Shown here piece after piece: positions 7,290 through 17,274 of a stretch of DNA of 26,180 bases; positions within the stretch are counted from its first letter, which is position 1, and every line of letters begins with the position of its first letter. This stretch comes from Fusobacteriota bacterium (lineage in GTDB: Bacteria; Fusobacteriota; Fusobacteriia; Fusobacteriales; JBNJFI01). The notes under the pieces were generated by a model. The model saw only the letters and a list, made by a program, of their open reading frames with translations. It ran no database searches and was not told the DNA's origin. The position numbers and the translations under genes were made by a program. Location: positions 1 through 26,180 of the forward strand of contig JBNJFI010000023.1 of NCBI GenBank assembly GCA_051746725.1. The letters are read 5' to 3'.

Positions 7290-8222
7290 TTATTTATTTT
7301 CTTCCATTTTCTTTTCTTCTTTATTTTCATCTTTTTCTTCATCTAGATATTGAGCTTTTTTTTCTTCCATAAATTCTTGATATTTACTTTGTTTCTTTTC
7401 ATTTAACACATCTTCTTCTATTTGAGATTTTACTTGGTCAAATTTTTTGAATCCCGATTGATTTTTATCATCAACTTTTACTATATGATATCCAAATTGA
7501 GTTTTTACTAGTTCAGGATAAACTTCTCCAGCTTTTGCATCTCCAAATACAGCCTTTTCAAATTCTGGAACCATTTTTCCTTTTCCAAAAGTTCCTAAAG
7601 AACCACCGTTATCAGCAGATGGACCTTCTGAATATTCTTTTGCTAATTTTGCAAAATCTGCTCCATCTTCTTGAGCTTTTTTAAGTACATCTTTTGCTTT
7701 TGATTCCGCATTTTCTGTATCAGATTTTATTAATATATGAGAAGCTGTTGCCTCTTCTTCAGATTTATATTTATCTTTATTTTCTTCATAAAAAGCTTTT
7801 AATTCTTCATCAGAAGCTTCTATATTATCTAATACATTAACTTGTACAACATACTTAGCTAATAAGTTTTCTTTTACTTTATCTAGTTCTTCTAAATACT
7901 CTTCATTTTCATCTATTCCTTGTTCTAAAGCCACTTGTTTTAATATTTTTTGTTCAGTTAATCTTTCTAATAGTTGTACTCTCCCTTGCTCAGTTTCATA
8001 ATATTTTTTATATTGATCTGGCATGTTCGATAATTCTTGTTCTAAGTCATCTTTTGTTATTACCTCGTTACCTACTCTTTTTAATACATTTTCACCATTT
8101 ACTTTTTGTTCTACCTTTTGTGTTTCTGCATTTTTATCCCCTGAATTATTAGCTGAAACCTCACTTTGATTACATCCTAACAAAGCACCTGCTAATAATA
8201 ATACTACTAATTTCCTTTTCAA
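7290..8222 (-). CDS. PrsA-like parvulin-type peptidyl-prolyl isomerase lipoprotein
   Basis: Lipobox LLGC after a hydrophobic signal. Parvulin motifs ASHILI, FAKLAKEYSEGPSADNGGSLG, MVPEFEKAVF and TQFGYHIVK. TTG start. Confidence 0.9.
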   Translation of the reverse strand: MKRKLVVLLLAGALLGCNQSEVSANNSGDKNAETQKVEQKVNGENVLKRVGNEVITKDDLEQELSNMPDQYKKYYETEQGRVQLLERLTEQKILKQVALEQGIDENEEYLEELDKVKENLLAKYVVQVNVLDNIEASDEELKAFYEENKDKYKSEEEATASHILIKSDTENAESKAKDVLKKAQEDGADFAKLAKEYSEGPSADNGGSLGTFGKGKMVPEFEKAVFGDAKAGEVYPELVKTQFGYHIVKVDDKNQSGFKKFDQVKSQIEEDVLNEKKQSKYQEFMEEKKAQYLDEEKDENKEEKKMEENK

Positions 8223-8224
8223 AT

Positions 8225-11200
8225 TTAGTCACTCCCTTTTTTAATTATTTTTTTTAATATCTTACCCAAATCTTTCTTTTCTTCAATTAATACTTTTTTT
8301 TCTTTAGAAATATATTTAACTGTTCCATTTAATAATAACATATTTAGATTGTTTTTTGAAGTACTTTTTTCAAAAAAGTCTAAAATATAACCATTTTTTC
8401 TCTCCTTGATGGATTTTATTCCACTTTTTTGAGCTAAAATCTTTATTTTGTAATAACTAAACAAATCTTTTACTTGTATAGGCATCTTACCAAACCTATC
8501 TTTTATTTCATTTTCTAATTTTTTTAAGTTTTCTATTTTATCTATTAGTATTAATCTTTTATATATTTTTATTTTTTCTTTTTCTCTTATATATTCTGTA
8601 GGTATATATCCCTTTTTATCTATTTTTATAATTATTTCTTCTTTATCTTCTGTTTTTAATTTTAATTCCCCACGATTATTTTTTAATCGTTGTGTTTCTT
8701 CTTTTAACATACGTAGATACATGTCATAACCCAAAAATTTTATAGCTCCATGTTGTTTTTTACCTAATATTTCTCCTGCCCCTCTTATTTTCATATCTTC
8801 AAGCGACAATTGATAACCACTTATATTATTCATTTCACTTACTTTTTCAAGTTTTTTCTTTCCCAAGTCTGTCATTTGTTTTTTATTTTTATACATTAAA
8901 TAACAATAAGCTTTTCTGCTACTACGGCCTACTCTACCTCTTATCTGGTATATCTGAGATAAACCTAGCTTATCAAAATCTTCTATAATTATTGTATTTG
9001 CATTTGCTATATCAATACCATTTTCAATTATTGTGGTTGTTATTAATATATCTATTTCTCCATTTTCAAATTCATTTAATTTATTTTTTATATCCTCTGC
9101 TTTTAATCTACCATGTATATAATCAATATTCATATTATTTATTTGTTTTTCACTTTCAAATAGTTTTTCTAAATCTTCTTTTTTCTTTTTTATTCCTCTA
9201 ACTCGATTAAAAAGATAGAAAGCCTGTCCATCTCTTGTTAGTTCTTTTAATATTATTTTCCTTATATCTTCTTTATCTTCTTTTATTATATTAGTTTCAA
9301 TTTTTTTTCGGTTTTCAGGGGCAGTCTCTATTGTAGATATATCTTTTACCCCTAAGAGAGCCATATTTAATGTTCTAGGAATAGGAGTTGCTGTTAAAGT
9401 CAATATATCAATATTGTATCTATAATTCTTCATTTTTTCCTTGGCTTTAACACCAAATTTTTGTTCCTCATCTATTATAAGTAATCCTAATTTTTTATAT
9501 TTTATATCTTTTTGAATTAACCGATGGGTTCCTATTATAATATCTATTACCCCTTTTTCTAGACCCTTTAGTATTTCTTTTTGTTCTCTTTTTTTATTCA
9601 ATCTTGAAATACCGGCTATTTCAATTGGATAGTTTTTAAATCTATCTTTAAAAACTCTAAAATGCTGGTTAACTAAAATAGTAGTGGGAGCTAAAATCGT
9701 TACTTGAGTTCCATCCATAACTGCTTTAAAGGCAGCTCTCAGTGCCACCTCTGTCTTTCCATATCCCACATCACCACATATTATTCTATCCATTGCAATA
9801 GGAGCTTCCATATCTTTTTTTGTATCTAATATAGCTTGTTTTTGATCTTTAGTTTCTCTAAATGGGAATCCCTCTTCGAACTCTTCTTGCCAAACTGTAT
9901 CTTTTCCAAATGCATGCCCTTTTTTGACTTCTCTTTTAGCAGCTGTATTTATAAGTTTTTTGGCAAATTCTATTATCTTTTCCCGTATCTTTGCCTTTTT
10001 CTTTCTAAAACCTTTTATTCCTAGAGTATATATTTTAGGTTCTTTTGCCTTATCTGTTAAATATTTTTCTACTCTATTAATATGATCAATAGGAACATAT
10101 AATTTATCTTGATCTGCATATTTTATTTTTATATAGTCACTACCTCTTTGCATCTCAATCCCTTGAAATATACCTACTCCAAATTTTTCATGTATAATAT
10201 ATTCCCCTTTTTCTATTTGATTTACATTTTCTATTTTGATACTTGTACTGGCTTCTTCTCTTCTTACAACTATTCCCTTTAATTCTCTATCAGTTATAAT
10301 GAGTTTTTCTTCATATCTAAAACCTTCATAGTATGGATATTTCTTGATTTTTATATTATCATAATCGATCAATTTTTCTTTTACTCTTTTTTCTTCTTCT
10401 GTTAAAATTAAAATATTTTCATCTTTTGAAATTTTTCCTATCATCTCATAATCCTTAAATTGAGACAACTCTCTTTCAGTAAAGCTTAGAATTTTTAAAA
10501 ATTTACCTTTGGATATTATTTTTTTATAATTATTTCTAATTTTCTTTTCAGTTATATTTGTCTCATCTTTTTTGTAAAAAGTAATAATCTCTTCTAATTT
10601 GTAATCTAAAAAATCATCTTTTTCTATATATATTTTAACTTTACTTAAAGAAGATAATTTAGATATTAAATCAATTATATTTCCTTTACCAGAATTCATT
10701 TTATTAGAAAATATTTTTATTTGTTTTTTATTCTCAAATTTGGATATCGATCTTTGATTAGTTATATCAAAATAACTTATCCTATCTATTTCATTATCAA
10801 AAAAGCTAATCCTTATTGGATATTTTTCATTAACAGGAAATATATCTAAAATATCACCTCTATGACTGTATTCTCCTCTATCTTCTATTAAGTAATTATT
10901 TTTATACCCATTATCTTCTAAATATAATTTTATATCTTTCATCTTATATGTTTTGGAATTTTCAAGTAATAAAAAATTACTAATATCTGGAAAATTATCA
11001 GTTGCAAAGGCTAAACTTGCAAGTATTACAAAAGGTTTTTCGTCTTTTAGTAATTCTATAAGTTCCTGTTTTTTCCCCCTTAATTCCTCTTTGCTTATGT
11101 TGATTTTTTCCATTTTTAATACTCTACCTGGATAAAAATCATTTAATACATAATAATAATCATCTAAATTTTTATTTCTAGCTGATATATATATATTACT

Positions 11201-11275
11201 TTTATTTTGGGTTAACAAAAAAGGGATAGAACCTCTATAATATTCATCTTTATCCTTTTTTATTTTGAATTTCAT
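8225..11275 (-). CDS. mfd: Transcription-repair coupling factor Mfd (shortened N-terminus)
   Basis: RGDILDIFP (UvrB-homology), HEKFGVGIF..LYVP (RID/CarD-like), CGDVGYGKTEVA, DEEQKFG, TATPIPRTL, QIRGRVGRS, DRFG (TRCF domain). Confidence 0.95.
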   Translation of the reverse strand: MKFKIKKDKDEYYRGSIPFLLTQNKSNIYISARNKNLDDYYYVLNDFYPGRVLKMEKINISKEELRGKKQELIELLKDEKPFVILASLAFATDNFPDISNFLLLENSKTYKMKDIKLYLEDNGYKNNYLIEDRGEYSHRGDILDIFPVNEKYPIRISFFDNEIDRISYFDITNQRSISKFENKKQIKIFSNKMNSGKGNIIDLISKLSSLSKVKIYIEKDDFLDYKLEEIITFYKKDETNITEKKIRNNYKKIISKGKFLKILSFTERELSQFKDYEMIGKISKDENILILTEEEKRVKEKLIDYDNIKIKKYPYYEGFRYEEKLIITDRELKGIVVRREEASTSIKIENVNQIEKGEYIIHEKFGVGIFQGIEMQRGSDYIKIKYADQDKLYVPIDHINRVEKYLTDKAKEPKIYTLGIKGFRKKKAKIREKIIEFAKKLINTAAKREVKKGHAFGKDTVWQEEFEEGFPFRETKDQKQAILDTKKDMEAPIAMDRIICGDVGYGKTEVALRAAFKAVMDGTQVTILAPTTILVNQHFRVFKDRFKNYPIEIAGISRLNKKREQKEILKGLEKGVIDIIIGTHRLIQKDIKYKKLGLLIIDEEQKFGVKAKEKMKNYRYNIDILTLTATPIPRTLNMALLGVKDISTIETAPENRKKIETNIIKEDKEDIRKIILKELTRDGQAFYLFNRVRGIKKKKEDLEKLFESEKQINNMNIDYIHGRLKAEDIKNKLNEFENGEIDILITTTIIENGIDIANANTIIIEDFDKLGLSQIYQIRGRVGRSSRKAYCYLMYKNKKQMTDLGKKKLEKVSEMNNISGYQLSLEDMKIRGAGEILGKKQHGAIKFLGYDMYLRMLKEETQRLKNNRGELKLKTEDKEEIIIKIDKKGYIPTEYIREKEKIKIYKRLILIDKIENLKKLENEIKDRFGKMPIQVKDLFSYYKIKILAQKSGIKSIKERKNGYILDFFEKSTSKNNLNMLLLNGTVKYISKEKKVLIEEKKDLGKILKKIIKKGSD

Positions 11276-11279
11276 TTAA

Positions 11280-13169
11280 TCACCCCGATTTATTACTTTT
11301 TTGATTTTGTTGTTTTTGATTTTGTTTTATAGTTGCCATTAATATAGCAATATCATCAGTTGTTATACCAGATATCCTAGTAGCCTGTCCCATGGAACTT
11401 GGTTTTATTTTATTTAATCCCTCTTTTGCTATATTGGATATTCCATCTATTGAATTATAATTTATATTATTTGGTATTCTTATTTTTTCCATTTTTTTAA
11501 ATTTTTCAATTTGCTTTTTTTCTCTGATTATGAAATCATGATATTTGATTTCAATTTCTACTTCTTCTATTACCTTTTTTGGATATTCTCGTATATCTAT
11601 AAAGTTTTTAAGATCTCTATATTTTATATTCTTTCTTTGTAGTAAAGTTGCAGCAGAAATAGCTTTTTTTAATTTAGGCTCTCTCATTCCTTCTAACACT
11701 AGGTTGTTTTCTTTAGTTGGATAAATTTTGGTATTTAATAACCTCTTCACTTCAGTTTCTATAGCCTCTTTTATCTTTTCCAACCTTTCCATCTTACTTT
11801 TGGGGATTACTCCTATCTTTTTTGATTTTTCCAATAATCTCAAAAAAGCATTATCTTGTCTTAAATTAAGTCTGTATTCTGCTCTAGACGGTAATACTCT
11901 ATATGGTTCTAATAATTTTTTATTTATTATATCATCTATTAATACTCCTATATATCCTTCACTTCTATCAATTACAATAGGATCTTTATCCATAGCTTTT
12001 CGAGAAGCATTTACACCAGCTATGAATCCCTGGGCTGCAGCTTCTTCGTATCCAGAAGTTCCATTGATTTGTCCTGCAAAATATAAATTTTCTATTTTTT
12101 TAGATTCCAGACTTAGTTTTAATTGATATGGAGGAGCATAATCATATTCAATTCCATAGGCATACCTCATAACTTGGACATTTTCTAATCCAGGAATAGT
12201 TTTTAATATTTCCTCCTGGGCAAATGGTGGCAAAGAAGTCGTTATGCCATTTACATAGACCTCTTCACTTTCTAGACTTTCTAATTCTAAAAAAACTTGA
12301 TGTTTCTTTTTTTCTGGAAAATTAATAACTTTTCTATCAATTGAAGGACAATGCCTTGGACCTTTTGAATCTATGGCTCCTGTAACAATAGGAGAAAACT
12401 TCAATAGTTTTTCCATTACATCAATTGTTTTTTCATTGGTATGAGTTAACCATGTGGGATAATTTTTGTTTCTTTTTTCATCAGTAAATACTGAAAAGAA
12501 ATTAGGAAAATCTTCTCCTTTTTTTTCTTCTGTTTTGGAAAAGTCTATGCTCTTTTTACTAACCCGAGGAGGAGTAGCTGTTTGAAATCTATCTATTTCT
12601 ATTCCATTTTCCATTAGGCTTTGAGATAGTTGTTTAGCAGCTTTTTCTCCCTGTCTTCCAGCAGAATAACTCTTTTTCCCTACTACTATTTTTCCATTCA
12701 AAAAAGTTCCGGTACATATGATAACTGTTTTAGACATATAATTTATATCTAAACCACTTTTTACGCCTATAACTTTATTTTTATCTGTTATTATTTCTAT
12801 TATTTCTTCTTGTATTATATCTATATTTTTATTTTTTTCCAATTTTGATTTCATATTAACTCTATACCAATATTTGTCTGACTGTGCTCTTGTAACCTTA
12901 GAGGCAACCCCTTTACTCTCATTAAGATGTTTTAATTGTATATTGTTTTCATCTATATGTTTTCCTATCTCTCCTCCTAATACATCTATTTCTGTTATTA
13001 AATGAGTTTTTCCTGGACCTCCTATGGCAGGATTACAAGACATCATAGCTATACTATCTAAGTTTAAAGTAAATAAAGCTGTTTTTTTTCCTAATCTAGC
13101 TGAAACAAGTGCAGCTTCTACTCCAGCATGCCCCCCGCCTATTATAATAACTTCATATCTTTCTTTCAT
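11280..13169 (-). CDS. mnmG: tRNA uridine-5-carboxymethylaminomethyl(34) synthesis enzyme MnmG (GidA)
   Basis: GGGHAGVEAA (FAD), SCNPAIGG, GPRHCPSI, FAGQINGTSGYEEAAAQG, SRAEYRL. ATG 13169 preferred (SD GGAGG at 13179-13175). Confidence 0.95.
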   Translation of the reverse strand: MKERYEVIIIGGGHAGVEAALVSARLGKKTALFTLNLDSIAMMSCNPAIGGPGKTHLITEIDVLGGEIGKHIDENNIQLKHLNESKGVASKVTRAQSDKYWYRVNMKSKLEKNKNIDIIQEEIIEIITDKNKVIGVKSGLDINYMSKTVIICTGTFLNGKIVVGKKSYSAGRQGEKAAKQLSQSLMENGIEIDRFQTATPPRVSKKSIDFSKTEEKKGEDFPNFFSVFTDEKRNKNYPTWLTHTNEKTIDVMEKLLKFSPIVTGAIDSKGPRHCPSIDRKVINFPEKKKHQVFLELESLESEEVYVNGITTSLPPFAQEEILKTIPGLENVQVMRYAYGIEYDYAPPYQLKLSLESKKIENLYFAGQINGTSGYEEAAAQGFIAGVNASRKAMDKDPIVIDRSEGYIGVLIDDIINKKLLEPYRVLPSRAEYRLNLRQDNAFLRLLEKSKKIGVIPKSKMERLEKIKEAIETEVKRLLNTKIYPTKENNLVLEGMREPKLKKAISAATLLQRKNIKYRDLKNFIDIREYPKKVIEEVEIEIKYHDFIIREKKQIEKFKKMEKIRIPNNINYNSIDGISNIAKEGLNKIKPSSMGQATRISGITTDDIAILMATIKQNQKQQNQKSNKSG

Positions 13170-13190
13170 TTTTTCCTCCATATATAATTT

Positions 13191-13206
13191 TGTTTCACGT
13201 GAAACA
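13191..13206. promoter_or_regulatory. parS centromere-like site (perfect palindrome)
   Basis: TGTTTCACGTGAAACA, identical to the universal chromosomal parS consensus; lies in the mnmE-mnmG intergenic region. Confidence 0.95.
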
Positions 13207-13255
13207 TTTTTAAAAATAAGATTTTTTCTTTTTATAGTATACTTTTATATATAAT

Positions 13256-13285
13256 AAAAAAACCTGTTTTATTCAAACAGGTTTT
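13256..13285 (-). terminator. Intrinsic terminator overlapping the mnmE stop
   Basis: AAAACCTGTTT-5 nt-AAACAGGTTTT with a T7 run on the minus strand. Confidence 0.7.
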
Positions 13286-14651
13286 ACTTACCAACACAAA
13301 AATTTTTAAATATATGATCTAATATATCTTCTGAACTAATTTCCCCAGTTATTTCAGAAAGTGAATCCAATGCTTCTTTTAAATCTATGGCTATTAAATC
13401 CAGAGGCATCTCTTTATTTATAGTATCAAATATATTTTCGATGCTTTCTTTAGTTTTTTCTAACGCAGCTTTGTGCCTTACATTGGTTATTATAATATCA
13501 TCAGATATGTTTTCAATTTCATTATTTATTAAATATTTATATATATCATCTTCTAGTTTTTCAATTCCTTGTTTATTTTTAGCTGATACTTCAATCCAAT
13601 TTTTTATATCACCGAAATTTTCTAGATTAATATTATCTTCAAGATCAATCTTATTTAAAATTCCAATAACATTTTTATTTTTTATAGTTTTATATATCTC
13701 TCTATCTTCTTTTGTTATCTTTTTTGAATTATCTACTACAAATAAAATTAAGTCAGCTTTTTTGACCATCTCTTTACTTTTTTGAACTCCTATATTTTCA
13801 ACTAAATCTTTTGTTTCTCTTATTCCAGCTGTGTCTCCTATTAATAATGGAATCCCATCAATATTAATAACCTCTTCTATACTATCCCTTGTAGTCCCAG
13901 GAACATGAGTTACAATAGCTCTTTCTTCTCTTAATAGAGCATTTAAAAGACTTGATTTTCCTACATTTGGTTTTCCTATGATAACAGTTTTAATTCCATT
14001 TTTAATTTTTTTACCTTTGTCATATGATTTAATTAAAATATCAGTTTTTTTATATACATGATGCAAATTTTCTTTGAGTTCCTCAGTGAGAGGTTCATCT
14101 ATTCCTTCTTCTGGATAATCAATTATAACATTTACATGTGCTGAAACATCTAATAATAATTTTTTTAACTCTTTTATCTTAGACTTTAGATCGCCTCTGA
14201 GCTGATCTAATGATATATCAATTCCTTTTTCAGTTTTAGCATTGATCAAATCCATTACAGCTTCTGCTTGTGTTAAATCAATTCTTCCATTCAAAAAAGC
14301 TCTTCTTGTGAACTCTCCTTGTTTAGCTAGTTTAGCCCCTTTACTCAATACTATTTCCAAAATTTTTTCTGTTATCAAAAAACCTCCATGGCAATTTATT
14401 TCTACAATATCTTCTTTTGTATATGTATTTGGAGATTTCATTATACTAACTAAAACTTCATCTATAAGTTTATTGTTATTATATATATGTCCATAATTAA
14501 TAGAAAAATTATTTAAATCTTTTATTTTAGCTTTGTTTTTAGGTTTGAATATCTTTTCTAATATTTCTAAAGACTCATCTCCGGATATTCTTATTATCCC
14601 AATTCCTCCTTCGCCTCTAGGAGTAGAAATTGCTGCTATAGTATCAAACAT
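13284..14651 (-). CDS. mnmE: tRNA modification GTPase MnmE (TrmE)
   Basis: [31 protein letters not shown] (G1), GTTRD (G2), DTAG (G3), NKID (G4), C-terminal FCVGK. Confidence 0.97.
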   Translation of the reverse strand: MFDTIAAISTPRGEGGIGIIRISGDESLEILEKIFKPKNKAKIKDLNNFSINYGHIYNNNKLIDEVLVSIMKSPNTYTKEDIVEINCHGGFLITEKILEIVLSKGAKLAKQGEFTRRAFLNGRIDLTQAEAVMDLINAKTEKGIDISLDQLRGDLKSKIKELKKLLLDVSAHVNVIIDYPEEGIDEPLTEELKENLHHVYKKTDILIKSYDKGKKIKNGIKTVIIGKPNVGKSSLLNALLREERAIVTHVPGTTRDSIEEVINIDGIPLLIGDTAGIRETKDLVENIGVQKSKEMVKKADLILFVVDNSKKITKEDREIYKTIKNKNVIGILNKIDLEDNINLENFGDIKNWIEVSAKNKQGIEKLEDDIYKYLINNEIENISDDIIITNVRHKAALEKTKESIENIFDTINKEMPLDLIAIDLKEALDSLSEITGEISSEDILDHIFKNFCVGK

Positions 14652-14652
14652 T

Positions 14653-15267
14653 TTAATTATCCTCTTTTACAAGTTTTATAACTATATATCTTTTGGGATC
14701 TCGTCCTTCACTGTGAGTTTCAAGCCCCTCATACTCATTTATTACTTCATGTATAAGTTTTCTTTCTCTAGGGGGCATGGGATTTAATTTTACTGCTTTT
14801 TGTTTTCTTAAAACTTTTTGAGCCATTTTTTTAGCTAAGCTAATTACTGTTTTATTTCGTTTTTCTTTAAATTCATCAACATTTACTTCTATTCTTTTAT
14901 TATTTATAATACTATTTATTAAATATTCAAAGCTATTTAAAGTTTTTCCTTTTTTTCCAATTAATATTCCATTATCTTTACCATCTAACTGTACCTTTAT
15001 TTTTTCACCATTATTTTTAACTTTAGATTTAAAATCAAGTTCCATTAACTCTAATAATTTTTCTATTTTACATTTTACTTTAATTTCTAAATTTTCATTT
15101 TTCTTTAAAGTATAAGTATTTTTTTTCCCAATTAATCCAAGCAAGGGATTAACTTTATCTTCATCTATTATTTCAAAACTTTCATATTCTTCTAAATCGT
15201 ATTCAGAATTAATTATATTTTGTGCTTCTTTTTTATTTTTTGCTTTTATTTTCAATTTGCTTTTCAA
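14653..15267 (-). CDS. jag: Jag/EloR (KhpB) RNA-binding protein with KH and R3H domains
   Basis: KH motif [13 protein letters not shown] and R3H motif [14 protein letters not shown] at 15267 follows SD GGGGAGG and overlaps the yidC 3' end by 35 nt. Confidence 0.9.
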   Translation of the reverse strand: MKSKLKIKAKNKKEAQNIINSEYDLEEYESFEIIDEDKVNPLLGLIGKKNTYTLKKNENLEIKVKCKIEKLLELMELDFKSKVKNNGEKIKVQLDGKDNGILIGKKGKTLNSFEYLINSIINNKRIEVNVDEFKEKRNKTVISLAKKMAQKVLRKQKAVKLNPMPPRERKLIHEVINEYEGLETHSEGRDPKRYIVIKLVKEDN

Positions 15268-15898
15268 CTTTTTCTTCCTCCCCTTTTTTAGTAATATATA
15301 ATTGTTGAAAGAAACTAAATGCACTAGATGTTAACCAGTATAATTGAAGACCTACTGGCATATTAAATGATATCATTAAAATCATAACTGGGAAAAAATA
15401 TTGCATCATTTGAGCTTGTTTATTTTGAGATGTATCTGCAGACATTACTTTTTGTTGAGCAAATGCCACTAATCCATTTAAAATAGGTAATACAAAGAAT
15501 GGATCTGTTTCTGTTAATTTCCAAATTAAGAATGTTGCATTTTCTGGTATTATTGCTTCCTCTCCTGTTCTTCTTAAAACTCTAAAAAGAGACCATAAAA
15601 TAGGCATTTGTAATAAAATAGGTAAGCATCCTCCAAGAGGATTTACATTGTGTTCTTTATATAATTCCATTGTTTTTTGATTTAATGTTTCTTTATCATC
15701 ACTATATTTTTCTTTTAATTTATCTACTTCAGGTTGTATTTTTTTCATATCTTTCATTGAATTACTTTGTTTTAAAGTTAAAGGAAATAGTATAAATTTA
15801 ATTAGTAAAGTTATTCCAATTATTGAAATTCCGTAATTACCAAAAACAGAATATAATTGTTGTAAAATCATTCCAATAAAATCTGCAATTGCTGACAT
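15233..15898 (-). CDS. yidC: Membrane protein insertase YidC (short form without large periplasmic domain)
   Basis: NYGISIIGITLLIKFILFPL, MELYKEHNVNPLGGCLPILLQMP, GLQLYW; standard rnpA-yidD-yidC-jag context. Confidence 0.95.
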   Translation of the reverse strand: MSAIADFIGMILQQLYSVFGNYGISIIGITLLIKFILFPLTLKQSNSMKDMKKIQPEVDKLKEKYSDDKETLNQKTMELYKEHNVNPLGGCLPILLQMPILWSLFRVLRRTGEEAIIPENATFLIWKLTETDPFFVLPILNGLVAFAQQKVMSADTSQNKQAQMMQYFFPVMILMISFNMPVGLQLYWLTSSAFSFFQQLYITKKGEEEKVEKQIENKSKK

Positions 15899-16126
15899 TT
15901 ATTCCTCCTCAGTTTTTTTAGGTACTGGATCATAACCACCTTTAAAAAGGGGGTTACATTTTAATATTCTTTTTATTGATAAATAAATTCCTTTAAATAA
16001 ACCATGTTTTTTTAAAGCTTTTTTACTATAAGTAGAACATGTAGGATAAAATCTACATGTTTTAGGTAATAAGGGTGATATAATATTTTGGTAAATATTT
16101 ATTAAGAATATTAATAATTTTTTCAT
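15899..16126 (-). CDS. yidD: Membrane protein insertion efficiency factor YidD
   Basis: [17 protein letters not shown]...[17 protein letters not shown]. Confidence 0.95.
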   Translation of the reverse strand: MKKLLIFLINIYQNIISPLLPKTCRFYPTCSTYSKKALKKHGLFKGIYLSIKRILKCNPLFKGGYDPVPKKTEEE

Positions 16127-16461
16127 TTTAACACTTTAGCTTTTTTTAGTACTCTTAAAAAATCACTTTCTATTTTCTTATAATCTAGACTTTTAATTTT
16201 ATTGCCAGTATGATATTTAGAGATAATTACTATGTCATAATTTCCAGATATTTTATTTATATTTAATCTAAAAATTTCTCTAAATATTCTTTTTATTTTA
16301 TTTCTAACTACAGCATTACCTGTTTTTTTACTAGCTACAACTCCAAGTCTATTATAATTTAAGTTATTTGGTAAGATTATTATTAAAAGATATTTGCCAA
16401 AATATTTTTTTCCATAATTATAAATTTTTTGAAATTCTCGATTTTTTTTTATTGAGATCAT
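16123..16461 (-). CDS. rnpA: Ribonuclease P protein component
   Basis: [25 protein letters not shown] (RNR motif); position after rpmH. Confidence 0.95.
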   Translation of the reverse strand: MISIKKNREFQKIYNYGKKYFGKYLLIIILPNNLNYNRLGVVASKKTGNAVVRNKIKRIFREIFRLNINKISGNYDIVIISKYHTGNKIKSLDYKKIESDFLRVLKKAKVLK

Positions 16462-16520
16462 CTTATATTATATCTCCCTTATTTATCCTAATTAGTTTGA
16501 GTATTAAATAAAAAAGTAGA

Positions 16521-16655
16521 TTAGACAGTTAATTTTTTTCTTCCTTTTTGTCTTCTTCTCTTTAATACCTTTCTACCACTTTTTGTTTTCATTCTTGAAA
16601 TAAACCCATGTTTTCTCTTCTTTTTTCTTTTATTTGGTTGATATGTTCTTTTCAT
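16521..16655 (-). CDS. rpmH: 50S ribosomal protein bL34 (44 aa)
   Basis: Too short for the ORF track. Manual translation: [54 protein letters not shown] upstream. Confidence 0.97.
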   Translation of the reverse strand: MKRTYQPNKRKKKRKHGFISRMKTKSGRKVLKRRRQKGRKKLTV

Positions 16656-16691
16656 TTTATAATCACCTCCTAAATCTATTCCTAGATAACA

Positions 16692-16720
16692 ATTTTATTA
16701 AAATTTACAGTAAATGTCAA
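16692..16720 (-). promoter_or_regulatory. Sigma70 promoter of the rpmH operon
   Basis: TTGACA (16720-16715), 17 bp spacer, TAAAAT (16697-16692). Confidence 0.8.
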
Positions 16721-16873
16721 GTAAACTTTTAATTAATTTTATATTAAAATAAATAATTAGGGTTTGTGTTCTTATATCAAACACTGGTGATTTAACTCAA
16801 GTGTTTGATTTTAATACAATCTAGTTTTTTGTTTTTCCACTTAATTATCATATGTGTATTATATTATAAAAGA

Positions 16874-16891
16874 TAGTAGTAGTAGTAGTAG
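16874..16891 (+). repeat. (TAG)6 DnaA-trio repeat
   Basis: Minus strand reads TTTTCCACA-CCAC-CTACTACTACTACTACTA-TCTTTTATAATATAAT, the box / GC-rich spacer / trio / AT-rich order of the Bacillus subtilis basal unwinding system. Confidence 0.85.
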
Positions 16892-17205
16892 GTGGTGTGG
16901 AAAAGTTGAAACCCTTATGCTTGTTGACTTGGTGCTTGATTTTCAGTGTGTAAGTTTTGTGTAAAAGAAAATCTTTTCAACAGTTATTTTAAAAGGTATT
17001 TAATTTATAACATATTTTGAACACTATGTGAGGATGTTTTATACACAAAAATTTTATATGTGGATAAAAAAAAATAAATCCAGTATATATAGGTGTTCAA
17101 AAGTATAAAAAAGGTTTTTAATAATAGGTGGAAAATTATATAAATATAATGGATATAGGTAAACCTTTGTGGAAAAGTAGGTGGATAAGTGGAAAACAAA
17201 AGGAT

Positions 17206-17247
17206 TTGCTAAAAATATAAAAATATGTTATAGTTTATTGTGGAAAA
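17206..17247 (+). promoter_or_regulatory. dnaA promoter with a DnaA box at the predicted start site (autoregulation)
   Basis: TTGCTA (17206-17211), 17 bp spacer, TATAGT (17229-17234) with TGn extension; TGTGGAAAA at 17239-17247. Confidence 0.7.
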
Positions 17248-17274
17248 TTAACTTTGAATAGAAAGGAGTATATA

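Larger units (their letters stand above)
16830..17250. other. Chromosomal replication origin oriC (DnaA-box array + DnaA-trios + AT-rich DUE)
   Basis: TTWTNCACA matches at 16896-16904(-), 16958-16966(-), 17039-17047(+), 17059-17067(-), 17168-17176(-) and 17239-17247(-). One-mismatch boxes at 16833, 16974, 17127, 17180 and 17188. (TAG)6 at 16874-16891. Gene orientation flips here. Confidence 0.9.

Noticed and set aside
5762..14787. Plus-strand ORFs inside rlmD, mfd, mnmG, mnmE and jag (5762, 8992, 9836, 10953, 11728, 13024, 13387, 14242, 14533)
   Set aside because: Antisense to conserved genes with no recognisable motifs. The VSRET in 13024-13254 is simply the translated parS site.
16874..16891. 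(TAG)6 as a microsatellite / phase-variation tract or stop-codon array
   Set aside because: Its position next to a DnaA box and AT-rich tract is better explained as DnaA-trios.
17079..17097. NrdR-like sequence CCAGTATATATAGGTGT in oriC
   Set aside because: Lacks one of the key C/G positions and has no partner box at 31-32 bp.
17005..17199. 64-aa minus-strand ORF upstream of dnaA
   Set aside because: Lies within the DnaA-box array; its FST/LST/FPQ residues are translated DnaA boxes.
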